Positions 35,350-47,322 of a stretch of 64,000 nucleotides of DNA are shown in pieces. The stretch covers positions 4,464,001 to 4,528,000 of the forward strand of contig CM035357.1 in NCBI GenBank assembly GCA_020137815.1, written 5' to 3'. The position numbers and the translations under genes are program-made. Every line of letters starts with the position of its first letter. Position 1 is the stretch's first letter. Source of the stretch: Hormiphora californensis (taxonomy: Eukaryota > Animalia > Ctenophora). The notes beneath the pieces were generated by a model. The model was not told the origin of the DNA. It did no database searches and was given only the letters and a program-made list of their open reading frames with translations.

Positions 35350-36879
35350 TTAGAAAGAGAAAAACTGTATCTTTCTAATGCGACCAATGAAAAGTCTCTA
35401 TCTTATCAGGAACCGGATTTAGCACGCGCAAAAACTTTCCGCGCACTGTGATTTTAAATAACTGTCGTTTTTTAGAGGTTTCAAATTTCTTTAAATGACC
35501 ATAAGTCCGGTTCCTGATGAGATAGAGACTTGAAATTTGGAGGTTACGAAGATCTTGCTAAGTCCTTCCGAACCTCCAAATTTCAAGTCTCTATCTTATC
35601 AGGAATCGGAGATATGACAAATTTTGTTATTTCAGGGGTGTATGGCGGTGCATGAGTGCACGATGAAATTTTCTACAAAAACATGAAAAAAAGAAAAAAA
35701 ATGAAAAAGAAAAAAAGAACAATTTTTAAAAAATGAAAAATGTAACGCGCGAAGGGTGGTCTGGACCATATTGGTCAATAGCGCTGCCACATTAGCTTTT
35801 TCCCCGCGCGCATTCGTTTTTGAAATTGAAAATCGGCTCATTTTTTCACTTTTTTTGACGATTTTTTCACTTTTTGGCAAGTTCTCCCATTTTCTTCTCT
35901 TCTTTCGTCCAAAAAGTGGGTCCTGGACCCAAGGGACCCAGCCTTGCTTCGCCCCTGGTGCACTCATGCACCGCCATAGGGGTGCGACAGTTTCAAAAAA
36001 TCCGACTTTAAAGTCGGATTTTTTGAAACTGTCACCCCCCTTTTCGTGCGCGGAATGTTTTTGCGCGTCACATCACATGTTAACGTGTGGTGTGCGCGTC
36101 AAAATTGATAAATTTCACATGCGCGGTCATTTTGGGGTTGGCAAACGTTGCTGGCGCAACCTTATCCTGTTCTGCGCCACGCGCAGCGCGGGATAAGGCA
36201 GCGCTTTTCAAATTTTGGGGTGACAGTTTCAAAAAATCCGACTTTATGAAGTCGGATTTTTTGAAACTGTCACCCCCCTGAAATAACAAAATTTGCCATA
36301 TCTCCGGTTCCTGATAAGATAGAGACTTGAAATTTGGAGGTTCGGAAGAACTTAGCAAGATCTTCGTAACCTCCAAATTTCAAGTCTCTATCTCGTCAGG
36401 AACCGGATTTATGGTCATTTACGAAATTTGAAAATACCCAGGGGGGTGACAGTTTCAAAAAATCCGACTTTACTCGGATTTTTTGAAACTGTCACCCCCC
36501 TTAAATAAAAAAAATTTGTCATTTCTCCGGTTCCTGATAAGATAGAGACTTGAAATTTGGAGGTTCGCAAGAACTTAGCAAGATCTTCGTAACTTCCAAA
36601 TTTCAAGTCTCTATCTCATCAGGAACCGGACTTATGGTCATTTAAAGAAATTTGAAAACTCTAGGGGGGTGACAGTTTCAAAAAATCTTGGCAAACGTTG
36701 CTGGCCCCCGATAGGGGCCAGTAGTCTATCCCGCGCACCCTTGCCGAAAACCGCTTGTCAGAGCCCATTACTGACGGCGCGCGCAGAATTCATTTCACCA
36801 TTAGACCTATCCCGCGCGCTACACAAAGCATGTTCGTGAACTGAGACAGAGTCCCATTTTGTGACAATTACATAATAAT

Positions 36880-37710
36880 ATATGGGTAGATTATGTGGGT
36901 GTGGGGGAGCGGGGGTTGTATGGTAGAAGGGGAAAACTGTTTAGAATAAGGCTGACTTACTGCGAAAAGAAGCAGATGGATATGGAGCGGAGATGGTTCA
37001 GATAGAGAAACAGCCCTCACCGAGAGTGCCCCAGGGCTTTTCTTCACTTCAGTAATCAGTAATCGTGTCCACATGATGAATTCGAGTCACTGGAAGTTAC
37101 TTTTAGATTGATAAATACACCACCAATTCAGAGTATCAAACTTTCAGCTGTTCTATCGGAATCCTGGGAGAGGTAAAGAAGGGTTAGTACAAATGAGAGA
37201 GACTAAATTGATACTACACTTTACTCGGGGGAGTCTGCACTTTAGACTCCGAGGAAGATGAAGGAGAGGAAGATGAATGGGGATAGTAGATACGGACAAG
37301 TTATGGAGGAGAGGAATATTAAGGGGAGGATCAAGGGGAGGTTAAAGAGGAGTAGAGATAGAGAGGGGTATAATGAAGGAGGAAAGACCGTCCCTCTCTT
37401 TCTCTTGTTTGTGTGGGTAGATTATGAGGGTGGGGAGCCGGGAGGTTGTATGGCAAGAGGGGAGGATGTTTTGGAATTTCACTTACTTTAGCGAAAAGAG
37501 GCAGATTGATACGGAATGGAGATGGTTCAGATAGAGAGAGCCCTCACCGAGATTTCCCCAGGGCTTATTCTTCATTTATTTCAGTAATCAGTAATAGTAT
37601 CTACATGATCAATGATGCATCACCGGGAGTTCCTTTTAGATTGATGAATACACCATCAATTTACAGTGTCACATTTTCAGCCGTTCTATCTGATTCCTGG
37701 GGAAGAAGGG
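36880..37710. repeat. Diverged ~290-bp direct duplication (~36880-37175 and ~37413-37710)
   Basis: Shared anchors tgggtagattatg...gcgaaaag...gatggttcagatagaga...ccctcaccgag...ttcagtaatcagtaat...gttctatc...tcctggg. Confidence 0.7.
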
Positions 37711-38603
37711 TTTTTAAAAACAATAGAGACTTTGGACTCCAATTCACTTCGATCCATCAGATGGACATTCTTATGTAGCAGTGGAACCGTGAACCGTCAC
37801 GACATCCCTTGCAGTCAGCAGTTGCACCTCTGGGGACATCTCCCAAAGACGTCCCACCGCAAGAGACGAAATATACTGCCGGAAAAGTGACTCAGTGACA
37901 ACTCTGACACACTTTCTTGGCGTAGCATGACCTCCCGGTTGGTGCATCTGTCCTAAAACTCACCGTAGAACTTGATTAAGCTAAATATTAACGGATCGGA
38001 GCAATTGATCGGTCTTTGCCCTCATGAAGTACATAACACGGAAGGAAGTAAGTACTCTATTCAAATAAACTCATAACAATTTTCTTTGGGTCTCGGATGG
38101 GAGGTCTTTCCTTTTACGTTCTACATTCCTCTACTGTGCTACATTCCTATCATTACTACATTCCTATTTTGACTACATCCCCTATAACTACATCATCATC
38201 TGAAGTCCTTTCCTCCAACATATGAGTAGAGTAGGGGTCTGATATCATGTCAAGAGTGTCGAGTTTTTTGAGTATATTTTCTGGTTGTATTGTGACAGTG
38301 TGTGTTGAGTTTCTTTCCTTTCTGGCTAGAGTAGAGTCATAGGTTCTTTGAGCGAGCGAGTGAGCCAGCCTGAACAATGTTCAGTGAACATCACGGAGGG
38401 TATTACGTTCTCGAAGACATCAAGACGATAAACATACATGGACTTTATACGAGTGTGTTTGGAGAATAGACTCTAGAGTTTCTAAGTTGGGCAGCTCTTA
38501 ATTTTTATCTTCTCTATCCTAGTTACCTTAAAATTACTTTAAATTAGAACCTAAATACTTACGTCTAGTACAGTTATCTATCTTACAGCTTATTATAATT
38601 AGC

Positions 38604-39281
38604 TTAAAGTGAGAGTGGCGCGCCGTGTTTTCTCGCGGAACTTGGTGGGTGGGCGGGGGCTGCCGCCGGGGCCGTTGGTGCGGTGTCGGGGGTTTCCGAT
38701 TCTTTCTCGTTCATTGGTTGTGGCGTGGTATGTTCGTTGTTTGAACTTTTGTGGGATTGCTCTACGGAGGAGTCTGTGCGTTGTGGGTTGGGGTGGATGC
38801 TTGCGTCGTGTTCGGCGTCGGGGAGTGGTCGGGGTGCCGGGTTTTGGTGTCTCTGCCTTGTCTGTGGCGCGGGATGTCGGCGGTGGTCGGGGGCGACTGG
38901 AGTGGGAGAGGGAGAGTTTGTTATTTTTGGGTGGCGCGCACAAACAACTAGCACCCGAAAATGGCAAGCTCTCTTTCTCCCGTTTTGGTCGTTTTTGATT
39001 GTTGTCGGTGTCTCGCGTCGCGGATAGGGTGGAGGCGCCGGAATTTGGTGCACCGGCTATTTTTTGGCGCTGGGCGCGGTGCGGGCGTCCATTTCGATCC
39101 GCAGGGCGCGGATTTTTCTGGGGAGCGGTTTTGTAGGGGTTTGAATAGTGAGCGTATTGCGTCGTGACTGGTGGGCGGGACGGAGTTGGGGATTTTCGGT
39201 GCCGTGCCGGTGGTCCTGGTGGTACTCCCCGTTCATCCGCTGACTTTTGTGGGAGAGCACGGCGCGCCACTCTTACTTTAA
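38604..39281 (+). other. TTAA-flanked foldback element forming a 330-bp G.U-rich hairpin on the + strand only (candidate long hairpin RNA)
   Basis: Position i pairs with 77885-i from 38604 to 38933; loop 38934-38951. Termini TTAA|AGTGAGAGTGG are shared with the MITE at 61017. Confidence 0.85.
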
Positions 39282-40030
39282 ATTTTAAACCCAACCGCAT
39301 TAATTAACTTATTCTGACTGGCCATTGCACTGGCCTCCTGCCTTTTTATTTTTTACCGCTCCAATTAATTAATTTATTAACAGCTTTGTATTTAACCTAT
39401 CTGACTGACCTCTGGTCTCTTGCTTTTTATTTTTCTACCTCGTTATTCGTTAATTTATTACCAGCTTCTTTAGAATTTTCCATAGGCCATTTATTAGATC
39501 ATAACCTTATATAGCAATTAATATGGTTAGTGTGTATTACCTTATCGGTTATCCTGTTACAGTTACTTTATCCATTAACTAATTACTTAGCTATTCGCCT
39601 CCTTTTTAGATCACTAGCCTTTTACTTGAATTAATTATTAAACTATACTACTTACTTAGTATTTACACTATGTACTTATTAATCAACAGTTAATTATCTA
39701 ACTAGTTATTATCTAACTAGTTAATTATCAATTATCTAACTAGTTAATTTCTCAATTATCTAACTACTTAATCACTCATCGAATTAATTACGCTATTTCT
39801 TAATTAGATATTTTATAACCCTTATTTTCTACATACATTTATATATATTATATCGAATGACTGCCGACGGTTTTTTAAGGCCTTTAGGATCTTATAATCC
39901 TATAAGAGCCGCTTTAGAAGGCTTGTTAGTGGTGGGTGCGTTGCTTCAATCGACTGATTGAAACGGCGTCCTCCTAGCACTAACAATGCATAGGCCCAAA
40001 AGCGGGATATAAATTATAATTGTATTTGTA

Positions 40031-41300
40031 CTGTGTGATTTTAAATGACTGAGACTGGTATATTGCGAATTGCGTGAAAACTATGGCATCTTTCGACTTC
40101 AAATTTTGGGACATGATAAAACTAGGTTGTAGCAATTTTCTCCTAGTTTTACAGCAAATTTCAATGTTCCTGAATGAATCTATTGCCCAAAAACCTCCTC
40201 CAACTTTACACAGTCATATCTCTGGAGTCTAATGAGATAGAGAGTTCACATTTTTAGGAGAGACAGATAAGACGATTTCGAATGTTTTGTCTGCTTTACG
40301 AGTTGCTACATTTTACCATTTGTTCACAGGAACTGTTTAAAGTGATGTAACACGCTCTAATTAGGCCAAATTTAGGTCATTTTACCCCTCAAAGATCACA
40401 TTTCCAGCTGCATCTAGTGGGCTAATGAGGCCTTGAACACGCATACGTCACGTGTTACTGTAGAGCTACAGCTCTCCTTTTCCATCTTGAACCAGCAGAC
40501 ATGATCATGGTGTCTGGAAGTGGTAACAAGCTGTAGAAAACCAGACAGACTAGATGCTCTCTACTTCAACGTATCACTCTCTCCCTTTCTCGTTATAAGG
40601 TCACGTGACTGGAATTGGGATCTCGACATGATCACAATGTCTACAAAGCGTTCTCTCTCTCACACACACACACACACACTCTCTCTCTCTCTCTCTCTCC
40701 CATGTCGAGATCCCAATTCCAGTCACGTGACCTTATAACGAGAAAGGGAGAGAGTGATACGTTGAAGTAGAGAGCATCTAGTCTGTCTGGTTTTCTACAG
40801 CTTGTTACCACTTCCAGACACCATGATCATGTCTGCTGGTTCAAGATGGAAAAGGAGAGCTGTAGCTCTACAGTAACACGTGACGTATGCGTGTTCAAGG
40901 CCTCATTAGCCCACTAGATGCAGCTGGAAATGTGATCTTTGAGGGGTAAAATGACCTAAATTTGGCCTAATTAGAGCGTGTTACATCACTTTAAACAGTT
41001 CCTGTGAACAAATGGTAAAATGTAGCAACTCGTAAAGCAGACAAAACATTCGAAATCGTCTTATCTGTCTCTCCTAAAAATGTGAACTCTCTATCTCATT
41101 AGACTCCAGAGATATGACTGTGTAAAGTTGGAGGAGGTTTTTGGGCAATAGATTCATTCAGGAACATTGAAATTTGCTGTAAAACTAGGAGAAAATTGCT
41201 ACAACCTAGTTTTATCATGTCCCAAAATTTGAAGTCGAAAGATGCCATAGTTTTCACGCAATTCGCAATATACCAGTCTCAGTCATTTAAAATCACACAG
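40031..41300. mobile_element. 1.27-kb foldback MITE with 600-bp apparently identical arms
   Basis: TA|CTGTGTGATTTTAAATG ... CATTTAAAATCACACAG|TA; arms 40031-40630 and 40701-41300; the spacer holds CT/CA microsatellite. Confidence 0.9.
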
Positions 41301-42148
41301 TATTTGTATTTGGTTTTCGCTAACTGAGAGTCGGCCATATTGGATTTGGGTCGAACCAGTGGAAATCGAATGATATTTTTTCCAGAATCGTTTGAAATTG
41401 GTGCGCGGCTCACTTTAACACATGCGCGTTAGCAATATTAAATAGTGTGCGCGGCTCAACATTTGCGCGTGCAAAAGTGATCGATTTCCAACATTGAAAA
41501 GAGAGTCATCAAATTCATGTCAAATGCTACCAATTCCCAAAATTTGGTGATTGTACGACTTCCGGAACATGGTCAAAATGACTTGGGACAGGATCCTGTA
41601 CATGCGCGGTGTTCCCTCCTTATCCCTGTTCTGCGCCACGCGCAGCGCGGGATAAGGCAGCGCTTTTCAACAAAAAATCCGACTTTAACTCTCGCACAAA
41701 AAAATCTCGCACAAAAACAATCCTCGCACACAATTTTTGGGTGATATGAACCATTCACGTCAAACGCGTTGTAGCGCGCGGAAGAACCTTCTTTATACTC
41801 TGCCGTGCGTCACAGGTGCGCGCAGCTCAGTGGGTGTCTTATTTTTTGTTATTATTTCGCAAGAAGAAAATCAAAACCTTTTTGCAAAATTTAGTTTTCC
41901 CAGTTTCAGTTTTCACTAGCTCACTCGCCAAGGACAAAGGTGCTCTCTGTGCTCTTTTCAAAGAAGCGGGTTTCAACATAGTATCACATCCACAGTCTAA
42001 ATCCCTAGCAGTGGTGCTTCGTCTTTGACCCCTCCCAACTGAAGGAGCGAAAAGCTCTGCTGGCCACCTTGAAACGGGTTCGAACAGATGATCCAGGCGC
42101 TAAATATTACATCAGAAACAATGTGATCCAAGTCGGATAGCGAACTGG

Positions 42149-42201
42149 ACTTTATCTATCGGACTGTTTCTATAATATAGAAACAGTCCGATAGATAAAG
42201 T
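42149..42201. repeat. Perfect palindrome with 26-bp arms
   Basis: actttatctatcggactgtttctata-a-tatagaaacagtccgatagataaagt. Confidence 0.85.
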
Positions 42202-42280
42202 TATATGTTACCCCGCTTTAGGTAACTGCCGATGCTTTTAGCCTCTCGGCCTTGTAGGATATATATTTAATTATATATGT

Positions 42281-43298
42281 CTATGGAGGCGAGACACTGT
42301 GTTGAGACGCGCACCATTGCGACGCGCATTGCGACGCGCATTTTGGCTTAGCGACGCGCATGTGCGCGTCGCAATGCAAAATAGTTAGGAACACTATTGG
42401 TGCGCGGTCGTGCCCACGGAAGGAGTGCTTGGATCATCTTGAAACCGGTTTTAAGTTAACTAATGCATATCCAAAAGTGTCTGTAGCTATTTGGGTGATG
42501 TTCTGACAATCCAATCACGAGTTATGACGAAAAAACAGTCAAAAAAGACGTTTTAAAGTGACAAAAAGGAGGACCTGAACACAGCCCTTATATGAAGGGT
42601 TAGGGCTATGAAACTTCTTGAGTGGACAGAGAATCGTCCAAATTTGCAGTGTCAACTTTGGAATAGTTTCTATCTTTTGTAGTTATCTAATTAGAGCCGT
42701 TCAAACATGTGAGACGATCTGCAAAACAGGGTAATTTGGTACTGTTTCCGTCCCATATTGCTTGCTCTCACCGCTTGTATGCTTTAATCCGCTCTCTAAT
42801 TGGGTAAATCTCGTCAAGTGATCACTTCACAAGCAAAAATACACAGTATCAGAGGCCCCTGCAGCATCTTCTCACATGTTTAAACAGCTGTAATTAGATA
42901 ACTACAAAAGATAGAAACTATTCCAAAGTTGACACTGCAAATTTGGACGATTCTCTGTCCACTCAAGAAGTTTCATAGCCCTAACCCTTCATATAAGGGC
43001 TGTGTTCAGGTCCTCCTTTTTGTCACTTTAAAACGTCTTTTTTGACTGTTTTTTCGTCATAACTCGTGATTGGATTGTCAGAACATCACCCAAATAGCTA
43101 CAGACACTTTTGGATATGCATTAGTTAACTTAAAACCGGTTTCAAGATGATCAAAGCACTCCTTCCGTGGGCACGACCGCGCACCAATAGTGTTCCTAAC
43201 TAAAAATGCGCGTCGCAAAGCCAAAATGCGTGTCGCAATGCGCGTCGCAATGGTGCGCGTCTCAACACAGTGTCTCAACACAGTGTCTCTCCATAGTG
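42281..43298. mobile_element. ~1-kb foldback MITE, possibly Transib-derived
   Basis: ~430-bp inverted arms. The right end reads CACTATGGAG on the minus strand (Transib-like CAC[A/T]ATG), with internal CACTGTG/CACAGTG heptamers; the left end lacks the first two bases. Confidence 0.7.
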
Positions 43299-43685
43299 TA
43301 AGAGCGGGAAGAGTGTCTTAAGAACTCTAATATAAATTGTGATTTTCATTTTCATTTTCATAGGCAACGCTTTGGCGGCGAGACCAAGCACCACTGTTAT
43401 AACATTCCACTCAGCCTTGAGCCTGTTACGAACTGGCTCGGATTTCTTAGTTAAGGAGTAATTTTCAAAAATTTTCAAAAATTCAAATTTTTTTTTTCGC
43501 AATTTCGATTTTCCATTCAATGGAAGCAAGAATGCTTGGATAATGGACATTTTTAAGGGAAGGATGGTTGGGAGAGGGAGGATTGGGCCCCGGGCGCTTG
43601 CCAGCGCTATGATGAATGTTTTTGAAGATTTGGTTGGACGGAGTGTTTGAGAAAAGGTTGATTAGCCATGACAAGGTCAAGAACA

Positions 43686-45625
43686 TTACCCGACTGCAGC
43701 ATATATGAGTGGTATTGTTTTTCTAGGCAGGAGGGAGTCACCTGCTTATAGATTATAAACTTACTCAGTTGTCGGCATTGCATGTCTTCTACGTTGCTAC
43801 TCCAAGCTCTATCACCTTGACAGGTATTTGTAGCATCACCGTCCAGTACATGATTGGGCTTACAAGTGATAGAAATGCTGGTTCCTGTTGGTGAAGCAGC
43901 CCAGGTTCCTTGCGTAGATCCCTCAACAGTGAAGCCAGGACATCCTGAAAAATGTAGCGTTACTAGTCACTAACTGGAAATATACTATTCGGGGAATTAT
44001 ACTTCTTTGAAGCTGAAAGATATAATCATACCCGGCGGTGATCTATAGAAGTCAGAAGCTGTGTCTTCACTGTTAAAACTTATCGAATCCACAATATCAC
44101 CACCCCACTTTTTACTACAAGCCCCACCCCATGCAGTAATGTGTGCGAACACCAACTTGAGCACCTCAACATCATTACATGAGATGGTGAGGGCGGTCTC
44201 CATTTTGGCAATCGTCCATATCTTCTCAACTCCTGCTTCGGGCTGTATTGGCAGATTGCTTGTAGCGCAATTGAATATCCCATACTTATACTTATTACTT
44301 TCGAAGTACAATTTCACCCTCCCACCCATGTTCACCCAGATCATATAATCTCCACTGCTTGGTTGAGAGTTCGTCTTTATCTGCAGAGGTGTTGTCTCCA
44401 GGTCCCAAGGAATTGTTACACCACGCTCTACAGCTGTCCATTCTGAAATGCAATTTATTATACTCAGTTTTATTCAAAAAACTTAAAACTCCTGAATCCT
44501 GATAAATCGAAAAAATACAATTATATTTTCAACCGAAAAATACTGGGTTTGACCGGGAATTGAACCAGGGATCTCCAGAGAGACATGCTCGGAGCTATAA
44601 ACCACTAAGCTACCAAACCCTATGTACTGATCGCATTTCATCGCTCTATATTCAAGCTCCTGCCCTTAGCTAGACACCATGTGATAAAGGGAAGTAATTT
44701 TGATATCTCCTTCTGGTGATCAACACACACACACACACGCCATCTGTACAACAGTTTAATGGGGAATCTCACACATACATATACACGGGCAGAACTCGGT
44801 TAAGGAGAGATTAATTAGTATTCTGAATAATGAGTTCAGAGCAAGAATTAAATAGGGAAGAAAATCGAAAAATACTGGGTTTGACCGGGAATTGAACCAG
44901 GGATCTCCAGAGAGACATGCTCGGAGCTATAAACCACTAAGCTACCAAACCCTATGTACTGATCGCATTTCATCGCTCTATATTCAAGCTCCTGCCCTTA
45001 GCTAGACACCATGTGATAAAGGGAAGTAATTTTGATATCTCCTTCTGGTGATCAACACACACACATACACGGGCAGAACTCGGTTAAGGAGAGATGAATT
45101 AGTATTCTGAATAATGAGTTCAGAGCAAGAATTAAATAGGGAAGAAAATCGAAAAATACTGGGTTTGACCGGGAATTGAACCAGGGATCTCCAGAGAGAC
45201 ATGCTCGGAGCTATAAACCACTAAGCTACCAAACCCTATGTGCCCTACGTAAACCAGTGTCAGGGTTAGTTCTACTGCCCTGGCCCTGTGAGGTAAGGGC
45301 GGCACATAAATAGACATATTATCTCTATTATAATCTCTATTATAATTTCTATTATAATTTTCAAGAAATGGTGCTCCATAGCTTACATATTACCGATCAG
45401 CATATAAAAGATATCTCATTGCGAAGAAATAATGTTATAAAGAAATTGAGAAGACCCAGGCCTTATTCGACACCCTGTCTCACCGCACATGATTGTAATA
45501 TTCTGCTGCCCTCTACTATTTTATGTATACACCTATTACTAACCTGTTGTTGTAGCCGTGGAGGATAAGACACACGCCGTCAGAACAACAACTGATGTGA
45601 TATGCATCCCTCCAAAGACTGACAT
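43686..45625 (-). CDS. Secreted protein: signal peptide, ctenophore-type repeated domain, Sushi/CCP domain; exons 45625-45544, 44442-44032, 43944-43765; last exon uncertain
   Basis: Spliced MSVFGGMHITSVVVLTACVLSSTATTT-EWTAVERGVTIPWDLETTPLQIKTNS...KIWTIAKMETALTISCNDVEVL...KWGGDIVDSISFNSEDTASDFYRSPP-GCPGFTVEGS...ITCKPNHVLDGDATNTCQGDRAWSSNVEDMQC. GT-AG ends and phases are consistent. The first domain resembles one I recall as abundant in ctenophore proteomes (not verified by search). Confidence 0.75.
44545..45236 (-). mobile_element. Three tandem tRNA-derived SINE heads (44545-44620, 44877-44952, 45161-45236) in ~0.3-kb units
   Basis: Minus strand GGGTTTGG-TAGCTTAGTGG (A box)...GGTTCAATTCC (B box)-CGGTCAAACCC. 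Acceptor stem GGGTTTG/CAAACCC but a poor anticodon arm, so a SINE or pseudo-tRNA. Confidence 0.75.
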
Positions 45626-46990
45626 TTAACTGTAAAACTAGTAAAGGGGTAATAATTGTTAATTGATAAAGTTAGATCAAATGACAAGCGATATCTACCT
45701 AGTCCCGGTTACAGTGAATCTATATCTACCAACGTTTGGCCACAACATGCCTAAACTAAGGTTGCACATCACGGGCAGGACTCTAATATATTTTCTGTGC
45801 TCTTTTCAGTGGTAACAAGGAAGGGCATGCCCCTTTTCATCGACGAAACATATACCGTAAAACCATATATATTTCCGCGGGAATTAATTTTCGCGTTTTG
45901 GCCTAGACTGGCTTCTGGTGGTCCCTGACGACTTCACCAGCGTACCAGGATTGAACCACTCTTTCATCAGCGACTCCTGGTACGCTAGTGAAATCGTCAG
46001 GGACAAAGCCAAATCGCGAAAATTAATAGTTTTACGTTATTCATATTGATGAAAAAATGTACTGCCTTTTGAGGGCTGCCTATCCGAGATCTCGAGTTGC
46101 GAAACTCAAACAAAGAACTGAGCTCTCTGGTGTGAACAATGCATGCTATTTGGTGAAAAGAGAGAGCAGGGAGGACTTGTGGAAGAGGCAACACGGTGCT
46201 CTGCGGTAACAGTGTAACAGGCGCAAGCTCTCCAACACGGTGCTTGGTTAGCCAGGGGAGGAGGCGGCCATTACCTGGGGAGGAGGCGTAATGGGCGCTC
46301 CCTCTCTCCAATTCTGTCCGAGTGAATGCTTTCCCATGTTCTATAAAAATTGTCATTGTTCATCGATTATATAGGGAACGCTACAGGCACTCCTCCAACC
46401 TTTGATCAGGCGGGAGACATGGATGAGGGACAGCGCAAAGAAGGCGGGTAACAAGCGCATGGGCTGAAAAGGAGAGGAGAGGAGAGCAAGGGAGAGCAGA
46501 GAGAGAGAGCCCAGTAGAGCGAGAGAGAGGCAGAGAGAGAGAGAGAAGGAGCGGTCCAAGTCAGCGAGGGGATGTTCAGGGCAGAGAGAGTGTAGAAGAG
46601 GAGAGCGGCGTACGCGAGCGCGAGGAGCGGAGCGAGAGCGAGAGCTCCAGCACGAGAGCGTCCCCTGTCAGAAGCAGAGACGTCGCTAGAGCCTCTGAGC
46701 TGAAGTGGGGACGAGACGACGCGGCTCTGGCTAGAGGGAGGGGCGACGAGAACGAGCACGAGAGTAGCGAGGCGAACGATGCGAGAGGAAGCGAGAGGAG
46801 ACGGAGAAAGGAGAGGAGTAAGGAGATGCTAGACGCGAGTGGAGTCGCGGGTCGGGAGTGAGCGCTCGAAAGAGTAGCGTAGCGAGAGCGAGCAGCGGAG
46901 CGGGCGAGGAGCTTGAGAGGATTATCTGCTGCCTGATCGCCTCTCAGCGCTGTACTAGCTCTCGTACTTCGCTCTCTATGCTTCTCATTC

Positions 46991-47033
<43 letters not shown>

Positions 47034-47322
47034 TCTCCCTCTCACTCCCTTACTCCCTATACATAGTTGAAAAGAACTACCCAGAAGTTTATAGCATGTG
47101 TGTTCTGTGTGTTCTGATTCAGAACTTCTGAAACGTGTAAGTTACATAAATCATGAGGTGAACCAAACGAGTACCCTGAAAGAAACTGTGAGAAAAATAA
47201 AGAAAAGTCAGATCTAGAGGTAGATGACTGACTGAGCGGACCAATAGTATTGGTCTGATGCAATATATGCATATTTTTTGGTAATTGATTTGAGTATTAC
47301 AATTGATTTATATGATATTTCC

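Larger units (their letters stand above)
30447..36866. mobile_element. Composite non-autonomous DNA-element region with internal direct and inverted subrepeats, interrupted by a LINE
   Basis: A ~280-bp block (attataatctgggtgcc...gccctaacc...ggcacccagattttaa) occurs three times (~30860, 31170, 32047). Repeated motifs tctccggttcctgataagatagagact and gtgacagtttcaaaaaatccgact/agtcggattttttgaaactgtcac; ggcccccgataggggccagtag at 30724 and 36703. Boundaries are approximate. Confidence 0.55.

Noticed and set aside
35513-35545. CTGATGA...GAAA hammerhead-like core
   Set aside because: No stem II or stem III pairing; it is a variant of the ttcctgataagatagagacttgaaa repeat motif.
38599-39300. 233-aa and overlapping ORFs in the GC-rich island
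   Set aside because: Open frames follow from the extreme G/T versus A/C skew of the hairpin; there are no recognisable protein motifs.
41920-42140. Possible decayed retroelement ORF1-like coding fragment (LATLKRVRTDDPGAKYYIRNNVI)
   Set aside because: Too short and frame-broken to assign without a search.
44545-44620. Functional tRNA gene
   Set aside because: The anticodon stem pairs poorly and the loop is non-canonical; it is embedded in a longer repeated unit.
46440-47030. Irregular GA/GC-rich stretch with short ORFs
   Set aside because: Resembles a noisy read through a (GA)n/(CT)n microsatellite.
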